NCBI GenBank assembly: GCA_036172245.1 | Contig: JAYWIR010000033.1 | Coordinates: 930,001 to 994,000, forward strand | DNA from: Raillietiella orientalis | Lineage: Eukaryota | Length of the DNA: 64,000 nucleotides | Reading direction: 5' to 3' | In this document: positions 26,001 through 37,300 of the stretch, piece by piece | Numbering within the stretch: the first letter of the stretch is position 1 | Layout of the letters: the number at the start of each line of letters is the position of its first letter | The notes under the pieces: model-generated | Databases searched by the model: none | What the model saw: only the letters and a program-made list of their open reading frames with translations | What the model was told of the DNA's origin: nothing | Made by a program: the position numbers and the translations under genes

Positions 26001-29000
26001 ATATATGTGCTTATTTCTACATGGATTAATATTCACATTTCTTGGAACGCATTCATATTCATTAACGCACACATCGTTACCATTAATGTTATTTGAACGT
26101 ATGTATTTATTAAGATTTATCGACATACATTTTATTACTGTAATCAATAAGCTGTTGATTATATTGTCGATGTGTATATTAAGGATTAAAAAAAAATAAA
26201 TGCAAATCCTTATCATAAAATATTAATATTTATGGAGAATATAAATAAATACATGTATCTCAAGATAAATGCATGTTTATTATCTATGTTGAAATGAATT
26301 TTCATATCAATCTATGTAGAATAAGAACATACGTTTACTTTTTTATGATCTTTTGGGATTTCGATCATTCGGGATTACGGCGGTGAGGGATTTCAAATCA
26401 GATCCCCCGAAGTCCCACATCTGAGCCCCCACTCGTCCCCCACGTGCGCGGCCGGCGCGATGCGGTCGACCTCTCAGGGGCAACGCCTGAGGTCATTTTG
26501 GTAGAGTTCGAGGTTGCCCCTGTGCTGCGGGTGTGCTGGCCGGTCCCTCCCACCCCACGGCCGCGAGAGCTTGGGTAGGTACAGGATGTGGGAACGGAAG
26601 TCCCCACACTCTGAACCGCATGCTGCTGGGACGGAGTCCTTCTCTTCCCTTAATGTCTTCCGGATTTACCGCCATGGACTTGCCGTTCAGAGAGACCCGC
26701 GAAAATATCATCTCTCTTGTGCCCTCGTTAGTAACAGAGGTGTCCATCAGGACCCTAGCTTTCGCCTTAGGGCCTGCTTGGGCACTCCGCTCTTTTCTTT
26801 TCGAAACTGGCACGCGAGCGCGCATCCTCCGCATTGGAGGGTCACCAGGAGCTCGGCAGAGCAGTGGAAATACATGCAGGCGCGCAGCACCGGCGGTCGC
26901 GAGCGTGGTTCCAGGTGCCAATTCCACCACGCAAACCAAAAGCCGTGACCCTTTCCCTGCTCCCCTCGGCTCCTCTGTCATCTGTGAGTCCTCCCTTGAG
27001 GAGAACGAAACGAATCACGAAACGTGTGGCTACGCGCGTTTGTTAGGAATTCGGATCATTGCCAGGGGTGCCAAGTGTCAAGTGAGAGAACGGACTACGA
27101 GAACACAAAACGTTATTCAGAGGAGTCATGTACAGATCCGTGACGTGTACACTACGTGCCATCTACGAAATTCAGAAACGACAACTGTCACTGAGAATGC
27201 AGAATAACGCATATGCGTTGCCAAGGATGAATGGTTCCTCTGCATCTCAACGAAGCCTGGATCGTCTCATACAGCTCCCTCAACAGGATCCATCCGCCCA
27301 TCTTTTACGATGATGAACAACGAGTCCTTCTCGGACGGCTTCCATGGTCCCCGACGGCAGGAGAACCGTTTCCTCCCCCCATTCGCGACCCAAAGCCTAC
27401 TCGCACCACATGGTCACTCACGTGGACATTCGCACGCAAGGTTCGGGATCGGCAAGGTTCCTCCCGACGTGGCAACGGTCATCGGAGAATCGAGACGAAC
27501 GGTTCACTCGCAACGAACGTGCGTGCAAACGGACGTTCGTTCTCCAACGAAACGATCGTCCACTTCCAGAGGAAGGAAACGGAACCAAGACGAGCATGCG
27601 TTCGTGCGCAGCGCAAGTGGATAAGAAGAAAACAGGGAATGCGGATGGAGAGAAGCTGGAGCTGCGCCTCAGGCTCGTTGCCGACGCAACGAGCACAGCT
27701 GGGCACGCCTCGCGACCACCCCCCACTCTCCGAGACGGGGAGCCGTTTTGCCGAAGGCACGGTTAGGCACGCGCGCAGAGACAGCGCCGCCGTCCCATCT
27801 TCGAGCGCGAAGAACGGCTTAGGGTTCGCGCTTGAGGTTTCCTCTTCTTCTCCGTTTCAAAAGTGCTTTTCCCTGCCACGCGAATGCGCGCGCACCAAGT
27901 TTTTCCGAACCATCCCAGGCGACCAGCGTAGTCGTATGGAGATCGTCCGAGTCGTGGAAGTGGTCGTGGAAGCGCAAACCGAGGCGCGTCGTCCGCTGGC
28001 GGTGCGCGGCAGCGAACCGCGCGGCGGAGCCGAGCTCGCTCGGCCTTGCTTTGCGTGCGGCCCGCGCGTCCGGGCGTGGTGGCGGCCTTTGCGCCCCCGC
28101 CCCCCCGGGGAACAGCGGTGCGAAGCAGCTGGCACCGGCCGCGTGCCTACCGGCGAGCGACGACGTCGTCCTTCCGGAGACGCCAGGCGCGCTCGCCTGC
28201 CCCGCTTCCTCCTCCTCTCTTTGCGCCGACATTGCGGTCCACGAGTCGCCCGGCCTCCGCGCGCCCGTGCACGTCCGCCCCTTCCTTGCGTTTGTCGGTC
28301 ACGGGACGCCTTTCGGCGGACCCGCAGCGCCAGCGCGAGCGCGTGACGGCCAGGCGATGGCGACTGCGCGCGTGCGTTTGGCAATCGCTGCGGCACCAAG
28401 GCCGCGCGAAGCAAGGCGGCCGCTTTGCGACAGCCGTGCTGCTGCGTCCGGGCAGGAGGAGTAGGAGGAGGAGGAAGAAGAAGAAGAAGAAGAAGAAGAA
28501 GAAGAAGAAGAAGAAGAAGAAGAGGAGCAGCAGCAGCAGCAGTACGGCGAAGAGGATGCGGGCACGTTCGTGCGGAGGCGTGTTGGCGCGCGCGCCGTGT
28601 CTGTCGTCGCTGCTGGGGAGGCGAGCGAGCGTCGTTCTTGGCGCTCGCTCGTGCAGCTCGTGGGTTGGGAACGCGGGTCGAGCGAGCGAGCGAGCGAGCG
28701 AGCGAACGGTTGGGTCCGCGGTCGGTGCCGCGTCCCGCAAGAGCACGCGGAGCGAGCGTCACGCACGGTGCAAGGGTGGGTGTCCCGCTGGGATGCCAGC
28801 CAGCACCATCTAGGGAGCGTCTCTGCAAGTTCCGGGGGCAGTTGCGTGCGGCTGGTGCGCCACGGTGTCGTTTGTTACGTCGCAGTGTCCTTTGGGTTTG
28901 GGGGTGGCTGGAGGGAGGAATGCGTTGACGTGTTCATCCTGTTGAAATGGATGAAACGTTTGTCGAGAAGGCGCCCTGGGGACTTCAAGAGTGGTCCGAA

Positions 29001-30014
29001 TGGCTTTGGGTCAAATCTAGGTGGAAGCATCACATTTGTTTTTCCTGTTTTGCTTATAGGGAAAGGTGGTGTCGCCTCGCTGGAATTTGGTGTTTTAAGA
29101 GAAGGAACAGTTTGGTCATCTCCTGTATTCGATCCGAGCCTTACTGCGTTCGCACGGCTCGGCTCTGTTTTTAGAGAAAGAAGAAATCGCTCGTTTAACC
29201 ACGATGCCTTCTGCTGCGGATGCTGCTTGTGGCTGGCAATGCGAGAGCAGCGAAAGACACAATTTACCACTGTTGAGTTCAGCAAGCGATTGGGTGACTG
29301 CGTTGTTCTCTGGAACGGAATTTCCATAAAGTTACCAATCTTTTTACATAAATAAAAAAGAATGGCAACATGTATTCTGTAAGGGGATCCGCACAGTACA
29401 GCACAAGCAGTTGCGGAATCTCAGAAAGAGAGGCTGTTTCGTTCTCCGACTAGTGGTGAACACGATGCAATGAACTGAAGATCTGACTGATCGGGAGAGC
29501 TAGGACAGCAAAGTTGTTTTTTTTTTTCTTCTCCTGTGAAAGCTTTTTTTTTTTATTTATTTATTTATTTTTGGTTGCGACGAAGAGTGTTACAGCAAAG
29601 TTTTTCCCTTGGCAATCCAAAGAGCACGGTCGATGCAGAATTGTCCAAAAGAAGCTCTGTGTGGACGAAATCTGACTTCGGCGCTTCGGTGTGCCCGAGT
29701 TTTGGATATGACCCTGCTTTATTTATTTGCGAACTTCGAGCCCACGTAGTCCTTTCTATATTTTACTTATCAGTCATTATGACGGGAGGGTTCGCTCCAT
29801 AACTCTTTCCGATAAAACTGTGAAAGTGGTCTTCTTTTAATTGGCTGAAAGAGAGGACACGAGCACAGAACTCTTTATCACGTTGCCGAGTTGGATCCGT
29901 AGCAACCGAAAACTTATGAGTACACTTTCAAATCCTTAGGCACAGCGTGACGGCATCAACTACAAGAACGAATGTTCCAAATGTTTTAAAATCCCGAGGC
30001 ATTTTTTTTTTGTC

Positions 30015-30045
<31 letters not shown>

Positions 30046-33000
30046 TATAAAAAAAAAAAAAGACGTATTTATGCTTCTTTGAGAATTCTCGTGAAAGTCG
30101 CTCGTTGTTCCATTTGTTTGCTTGGGTCTTGGGCGAGGTTTTTCAGTCCTCCAAGTCAGGAACCATGCATGGGAATAGCCACAGGTGGCGTTCACGAAAA
30201 CTTTGGTTGTTCGGATGGATCGACCATGATCTTCAAGTTCGCAGAGAGGCTCGAGAGTAGCTTTGGCTGTTTTAATCCACTTACTTGCAGCTGCGAAGAC
30301 CTCATCTTGGCTTGCGACGTGAGGCACATCCAGCCGCTGCCAGGGAAACAGTGCTGCTCGCAGTACTTCAACTCCACTTTGTACACTCCGTATGGAAAAT
30401 GCTTCCTCTCGACGGACATATTAGCCGATTGCAAGCACGTGAGAGAGTGGAGCATCGTGACGCTGGTTTTTTCTTTTCGCCCCAACTCAGGTTTGTGCGA
30501 GCGAGCGGAGAAGGCATATCCATTCCGTCCAGTGCTTAGCGAGAAAATTCTCACATATTTCAACGAGCTGATGGAAATTCCCATCTTCCTGAGCAGCCTG
30601 GATTCCTTCCCCCTGCTGTGGACCTCCGAGTTTGCAGTTTCTCCTGGCTACCACGTTCGTGCAGAGATAGTTCAGGACGACGTAAGAGCAGCATGCAGCC
30701 CTTGGCTCCTTAGCTTTCCTTGCCGTCCGCGTGAATCCAGAAAACGAACAGCATCCGGTTTCTCTCATTTGGTGCATACACCGAGAGGATTAGCTCAAAG
30801 ATAAAGGGTTCCACGTGCCACAGATAGCGGTGTGGGTCGTGCGGTCCCAGAGGCACACGAGTCGATGTGTGCCAGAGCAGCACATGCGCTGAACGGGTGC
30901 ATTGGGGTCGTTGGTTCATCTTTAGCCTTTGAACGTACGCTGCAACCTTTGCCAAAAAGTTCATACCTTTTTTTTTCTTAATATGAAAAAAAAAACAGCG
31001 TGCTTGCTTCAAAGAATTACGATGCATCGGATTTTTGTTCGTGTTTTTTATACTCCCCCCCCCAACTCTCTCTCTCTCTCTCTCTCTGTCTCTGATTTGC
31101 GCAGAACCTTTGGAAGCAAATCATTTCGCCGAAGTGACATTTCTTCCGGAGCATCAGCTGCGGAAAGGAGGTCTTGATTGGCGTTCGGCTTCTGCCATTT
31201 GGACCCGCGCCCTACCGCTTCGCGGCATGGGGTCTCCAGCTGTCCGAAGATGAAAGGCGCGCGCGAGGTGCACTCTCTGCGTGGGAATCCCCCGAACTGC
31301 TTGCGGTGCATCGTCTTCCGTGGCGATTTCCTCAGAGCCCTTGCTGCCGATCTCTTCAGCGGCGTGTTCTTCCCCGCAAACGGAAGATTCGAGCTCTTTT
31401 ACGTCTCCCTCTGTCTCCTACTGCTGCGGGGGCCCGCCTCGACCGCCGTCATCGAGAGTTTCTCCCTTCCGAATGCTTGGTTTCAGTACGATTACAGTCA
31501 GCTGAGGAACCACCTGCTTGATGGAAACGACTCTTCCTGTTTAGAGAAACGTACTGATTCCGAACGAGGGCTTCTCGAAACGGACCTGTGCACTTGGCTG
31601 GGAGAGGAGCTGAGGAAAGTCGTGGAAAACTGCGTTCCTTTCTTCCTCACTTCAGCAGGTAAGAGCTCCCCAGTTTTTCGGAGAAGGAAGAGAAGCCGAC
31701 GGAGGTTCGCGTGAGCAGTCGATCGGGTTGTCCTTCCGCACGCGCCTTGGCACGCCCTCCGCGGAAAATCCGGAAATACCTATCGCTATGTACCGACAAA
31801 GTTTCTCGGTTATCATCTGCATCCTCATAGGAACAGAACCACGTCATTAATACAAAAGAAGAGCTGGGTATTTTTCGTTTCCTCTTTTTTTTTTCTCTCT
31901 CTCTCTACAAAGGGAAGAAGGACATCCCTGTGTCGTGATTGGCATGGCATAGTTTCAGTGTGCAATTACACCTATGGTAAAACATGGAGTTTCCGCTCTT
32001 CATTTTGTTCTAAGGTTTCTACGAGGCAGATGGATCGACGAAACCAAGGAACATCTGCAGCTCTGACGAAATAGTGGACATCCTAAGGTACGCCAATGGC
32101 ACGATGTGGTACGTACCAGGCAAGTCCCTGCGCTTGCAGTGGCACTTTAGACTGTTTGGGCTCTGCAGAATTCTGCAGCCGCAAGTGCTACACACGGATT
32201 TACTCGGAACAGCTCTTCATCAGCAACTTCACAAAGAGCTACCTGGGCAACCTCGTGAGAGCATACGGAGTTGCTAATGAGTAAGTATTTTCCTGGCTGG
32301 AGGCCTTGCGCTCCAGAAATTACGTAAGCGTGAATGTTCGGTTTGGACAAAGAGGTGCGTGCTTTCGCGAGCTTGTTCCGGAGGCTAGGACTCCTGTTTC
32401 GGAACCGATCATTGAGGCGCCCTCCTCCCTCCCCCCCCATGCCGCAAACGGCCCTTCCGTGTCTTCCTGTCTGGCGGTTCCGTTGCCAGCCATTCCAATT
32501 CGTTTCAGAGAAGAACAGTCGTTTCTTCATCCAAGGTCTTCATTTCGCTTCACAGTTGCTTTGGCTCCTCTAATGAAACTCATGACGCGTACCAAGTGCG
32601 ACTGATCCGATCCGGGACTTTCGATTGATCTTCCGAATATTCCACTCTGGAAGCAGCGCATGGAAAAGTCCTGAAGAACGGGAACGTCCGCGATTTCCTT
32701 GGGGAGGAGTGGCCTCGCGGCAACCGGAGTGGACTACACCGCCAGGTGGAGGATCGCAGCCTGGAGCCACACGGCTTTTTCTTTTGGCTTCGAAAACTTC
32801 CGAGCTGCCACACCGAAAGTCAGCCACCGTTGCGGCAAATGTGAGCAGCACGCGCCTTCGCGGGCGTGGTGCACGGAAACTGAAGCGCGCATGAGGAGGC
32901 GCGATCTCCGACAGTCCCTCTGTTTCATTTCGGGGGGGGAAGGGGGGGAGGAAAAAAGCAGGAAGAAAAAATAATGATTACTTGAGAAAGAAAAAAAAAT

Positions 33001-35706
33001 AAAAATTGCTCTCCTTTCTGGGACGCCTTCGATTCTTGTCACGACCATTTTCGGCCGATGTTGGCTGGCCTGAGGATGTCGGCACACCTTGTAAAGGCAA
33101 CGGATCTCTTATTTCGGAGAGCGCGAATGCTGCGAAGTTGATCGGAAAAGAACGTTTTCGATCCACCTTTGCCGCCAGATGAATTGTGCATACTTACCGG
33201 TGGGTCGGCCATCCATAAAATCCACACGCTGCAGATCGCTGCAAAACACGAAGCTTCCACCAGAACACTCCAACAACCCGCATCTGCTCTCGCGGTTTCC
33301 TTCAAGCAAACACCGGGGATGCTCCTGGCCGAACGGGATCGCCTTTTTCTGGTCTTCCGGTCCATGGGAAGCTTCCGCGACAAGCTGGTGCTCTACACGC
33401 TCCTAGCGTCTCGATCCACTACACTCCTGGTCCAGCTTCCTGTTGAGGCTGTTTCCGAGCCTCGCGAAAGTTCTTTCTCTCGCGCTAGCGAATAACGGAA
33501 GTTTTCTGGAAGCCAAGGCAAGGCAAGCGGAGCGATCACGAAGCATCCTCCTCGTAGGTGCTTGAAAGGGGAGAAACGTAGGCGGAGGGAAGGGAAAAGA
33601 TGGGTCCGTCCAGAGCACGCAAAAATGCAAGCCGGACGACGCAGGCGGGATGCCTGCGCTTTTTCTGAGGACGCTTTTCCTGACACCTAAGGATGCCTTC
33701 AAAAAGTCGACCTGTAAATGTAACGGAAGGGGAAAAATGCACAGGCGGTGCGCGAGGACCAGGGATGCCCACTGAAAACCTCGCGTCAGCTTGAAAAACG
33801 TTTCCTCTTTTGTTTCGTTTTGTTTTTCCAAAATAAAAAAAAACCCACTTTTATTTCGGAAGCGAAGGAATTCTCGAAAAACTTTCTGGAAAGCGCGGCG
33901 TGTCCCCGGAGACGGCGACAAGAGCGTCTGGAAGGGTTGCTGACCGAAAGCTGCACCATGGCGAGAAACGGCGCTCCCACTGATTCTGTTTCCAGCAGGA
34001 CGCCCGCATTTTCACCAAGATCTTCGTGGACTGCCAGGCTGTGTGCCAGACGACTTGCGCACTCTCCGTCCGCGGTCACAGCCCACTGCGTCGCCCCGTG
34101 TTCACACGGCGTGCAGCTTCGGGCCGCCGCCAGGCTTGCTGTTGCGAGCGATCGCTCATGCGTCTTGAAGGATGAGGGGAGAGGAGGGGGGAGGGGGAAA
34201 CGTCAGGAAAGCACAATCTTTTTCTCCACAAACCAACAGCCAACACGTGAAGTTGCGGGAAGGCCTGCGTTCTGGAAGGCACGGATCCTTCAGCGAGCGG
34301 GAACGCCCAAATAGCGCGCGCTCTTCGAGGTGCTGAAGACCAGCGAACGGGCAGCAGAACGTCCCCGCGCCCACTCCGCTCGTGGCACGTTGTTCTGTGT
34401 GTTCTCGCTTCGAGCGATTTCCGGATCAGGTCCGAGATGACCACCAAACAATTCGGTCACTTGCCGCACGGTGCCGATTTTTTTTTTTTTTCCTTCTTTC
34501 GCCTTCCTCCCACGTTTCGTCGGCTGCTCCCGATCTTGCTGCTGACGATTGAGGAAGGCTGGCGCTATCCGAAAGTCTCTGTTCAAAACATTCGTGTGTG
34601 CGTGTGAAAGAGAAGACATATGGAGAGTCAAAAGTAAATGTTGACATTGTCTGTTGCAGCACTATGATAGCGGAGTTGGAGATCAGTATGGCCAGCAAAC
34701 GTGTCCGGACCACAGCTTTCCTCGAATATTCCTATGCAACGTACGTAGGTGAGTGTTTCTGCTCCCTCTTCAGGAAACGTGGAAGGGATACACGAAAAGG
34801 AAAACCCGCCATAGATACGCTTCAGAAAACAAAACACGTCTTGGAAGGGTGTGCTTTTTGGTGGTGCACAGGAGAAGCAAAACAAAACACTCCGGAAGCC
34901 AAGACGCGCCGATGGAGCACACCATTCCTGGCAATCGTGTCGTCACCAGGGTTTACTTCTGAGAGAGAGAGAGAGAGAGAGGTGGGGGGGTGCACTATGG
35001 TGCAATGCACTGAAAATGCGTTTTTTTTTTTTTTTCTTCTTTTCTTTTCTTTTTTTTTTTTTTTTTTTTTTTTTTTTAGTGTTGCAGGGGGAAAACACGC
35101 ACGAAACGCTGAAGCACGAACCAAGCGAAAGGCTTTCCTTTCGTCCGCTGGGAAGTTTTCCATTCAGATTACCACGATGGGCAATGGGAAGCATTGCAGT
35201 CTTCCTTTGGAATTTCCACTTTCCCCCCCCATTTAGACTTTGATGAGTTGGGTGCCTCCAATTTCACGTGGGGAAGACACCTTTTTTGAAAAGACGAAAC
35301 AGGAGAGCGCTGGGTTGATTAAGCAGTTGCTTGATCGGCCGGGTTCTCTTCCTGAAAACTCGTGAGGTGCTCTGCTCTTTACCAGATGAAGAGCCAAAAA
35401 GCCTTTGGTGCGAAAAGCTAAATGGTTCGAAGGGGCAGATTAGCTCGATTGGGAAGGAGATTGTGGGAGGGGAGACTTCCGCGGAGCTGCCTTGCGCGTG
35501 ACGAAAACATCTCCAATGGATTCCCCCCTCCCCCCCCCCACACGCACGCACGTAAACCCCTTCTTTGCCACTTCGACAAGTAACAAATATTCTTTTCAGG
35601 GAGCATTGGCGGGCTGCTCAGCGCCACAGTGGGCGGCAGTTTGATCTCCGTGATAGAGCTCGTGATCTTTCTCCTGAAACTGATTTGCCACTTCTGCAAG
35701 CGCTGA
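15443..35706 (+). CDS. DEG/ENaC (pickpocket/ASIC-like) amiloride-sensitive sodium channel family protein, ~540 aa
   Basis: Proposed exons: 15443-15866 (EFAHHTSFHA, TM1, YPTVVVCS), 17516-17780 (tentative), 30291-30490 (CEDLILACD...CCSQYF...TPYGKCF), 30533-30681 (VSPG), 31487-31658, 32015-32119, 32169-32280 (CSRKCYTRIY), 34660-34748, 35600-35706 (TM2 GSIGGLLSATVGGSLISVIE, then TGA). All phases are compatible and total 1623 nt. Family assignment is solid; exon 2 and the two small introns are less certain. Confidence 0.88.
17004..17070. repeat. Compound (TA)n(TG)n microsatellite
   Basis: Directly visible. Confidence 0.95.
20051..21641. repeat. Long inverted repeat, left arm (1591 bp, GC-rich, contains CTG/CTT/CTC triplet run)
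   Basis: Reverse complement of 27229-28841; mirrored ORFs in the track (e.g. 20406-21038(-) and 27832-28464(+)). Confidence 0.97.
22370..25450 (+). mobile_element. L1/Tx1-like LINE 5' part (degenerate ORF1 and start of ORF2 endonuclease)
   Basis: ORF1-type VELTCKDASLAQRLLNTPITVEGRKVF...THLTGVSLRMSKTGVQEELSKYGTVH at ~22520-22700; LRAATLTVSG near 25320 resembles the APE N-terminal motif (I/L)xTxNVxG. Confidence 0.6.
25742..26340. repeat. AT-rich diverged tandem repeat, two units of ~260 bp
   Basis: Blocks starting GTGCTTATT at 25742 and 26007 align, sharing ATGTATTTATT, ATACATTTTATTA and AATAAG-TGTT-ATTATATT. Confidence 0.8.
26400..26850 (-). mobile_element. LINE ORF1 remnant
   Basis: ORF 26493-26981(-) VSLNGKSMAV...MRFRVWGLPF resembles L1/Tx1 ORF1. 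Confidence 0.4.
27229..28841. repeat. Long inverted repeat, right arm (1613 bp)
   Basis: Reverse complement of 20051-21641; 22 nt longer because of two extra GAA and four extra AGCG units. Confidence 0.97.
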
Positions 35707-36749
35707 TTGCAGGAAGGACGGAACGTTTGAAGCTTCGAGGACGCGGAGGGAACGAAGGGAAAGGCAAAAATTTTCGCTGGTCCTCGCCGAGGAGAGCATC
35801 CGCGCGCGCGCGCGCTCCTCGCGGGAGCACGGAGGAAGGGTGGGGGGGGGAAATCCCGAAGAGAGGACACTTCCCCGAAAACGGTTCATTTCCACGAGAC
35901 TGCTGCAAGCCACCGTAACCCCGCACGTCACACAAAAGCCCGTGGAGGATCAGGTCGAAAGGAAAAAAGAAGGAACAAAAAAAAGCTGGCACAGAATGTT
36001 GGGTCTGAGTCACCTGAGGCACGAAAGCAAACAATTTCTTGGACGGGGAGTGCCATCGCGGCAGCTGCACGCGCAATCCGCTTTCTCGAAGACTATTTGG
36101 GGCGGTGAAATCCCCTGTGGATACCAGGAACGGCTTTTTGACGTTCCACAAGCCCACCACCTTCGGAATCCGTTTCCTTCCTGTCAAAGTTTCAAAGATA
36201 CCTGATGGAAGAGCAAGCGCAAACCATAGCAACTAGCATTCCCTCTTAGGTCTCGAAGAGGCAATAAATCCCTTCCGATGCAGAAAACGCAGCACGCTCG
36301 GAAACCCCCGTGCTGATTTGCCAACCACCAGTTTAGCCTTTAGATACACCTCCGTTGCCCGGCGACCACTCGCAACGAAGTGTTCCCTGGAGAGCAAACA
36401 CCGCGCGTTCGTCGGTTTCTACGTTCCGATGCTATTGCTAATAAACGCCACAATCTTCCAGAATCCCTCCAGAAGCTTTTCACGTTTCTCTTTTCTCATT
36501 AGAGGAAGAGAGAGAGAAGGAGCGAAAAGCTTCGCTTTCGGTCAGTTGCAAGAAGAGACGATCATTAGAAGGCTCATTAGAAGAGGCAATCGATTCTGCA
36601 TCTCCACACCGATTCCTCCTTCCTTCTTGGTCTTTTTGATTCCGGTGATCAGCACTGCTCCTCCGGCTCCTCGTCAGTAGCAACGGGTAAACACGAGCAG
36701 CTCTGTGAACCTGTAGTGTTCTGCTGCAAACACGTTTTCAAGCGAGGTC

Positions 36750-37300
36750 TTGGGGCGCATCACATGGAATTGCTAATCTGCGACGCGGAATTGCAGAGCA
36801 CATCACACGGGGATCTGGGGAACACTTGGCACGAGGTTGTGAACCTGGAGGGGGGAGGGGGAGGGGAGGGGATTCAAGCACGTCACGGGGGGAAGGGAAC
36901 CTATTACATGGAATTGGGAAACACCACTGGGATCGGAAACACATCACATGGGGTCTGGGAACACATCATGAAGAATTATGAAGACACGTGGAATTGCAAA
37001 GCACACCACTACGGGTCTGGGAACACAGCATAAGGGGGTCACAAACACAGCACGTGGGGTTGTAAAAACACAACACATGGGGTGAGGGACAGGATCACAT
37101 GGGATTGGGCACATCAAATGGAATCTTGAAACACGCATATGGGCACACACGCGCAACATATGGGATTGTAAACTACACCACACGAAATCTTGGAACATCA
37201 TGTGGGATTACAAACACATCACTGGGGTACGGGAGCAGATCACATGGGATTGCAAACAAACACGTCACAAGGGGTCCCACGACACATCATAGGAAACTCT
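36750..37300. repeat. Degenerate minisatellite, ~20-21 bp unit (approx. GAACACATCACATGGGATTG)
   Basis: Recurring ACACATCACATGGG-like units across ~550 bp. Confidence 0.8.

Noticed and set aside
25800..26216. 138-aa ORF with an internal repeat as a protein gene or NUMT
   Set aside because: The I/N/L-rich composition follows from the AT-rich tandem DNA; no similarity to mitochondrial proteins was recognised.
21642..27228. A missing channel exon flipped inside the inverted-repeat spacer
   Set aside because: The minus-strand acceptors I tested in the non-LINE parts hit stops, and a phase-compatible candidate exists at 17516-17780.
20051..28841. Autonomous TIR transposon, Foldback element or Polinton
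   Set aside because: No target-site duplication, no recognisable terminal signature, and no transposase, integrase or polB in the spacer.
19828..28928. Long ORFs (200-399 aa) in the inverted-repeat arms with poly-K/F/L/S/R tracts
   Set aside because: They are open in nearly all six frames because of very high GC and a triplet microsatellite; no domain is recognisable, and their recurrence in both arms only reflects DNA identity.
33190..33410. Nested minus-strand exon (strong GTAAGT donor near 33197)
   Set aside because: The translation is unrecognisable and no partner exons were found.
36750..37300. CRISPR array
   Set aside because: Eukaryotic context, degenerate adjacent units without unique spacers, and no cas genes.
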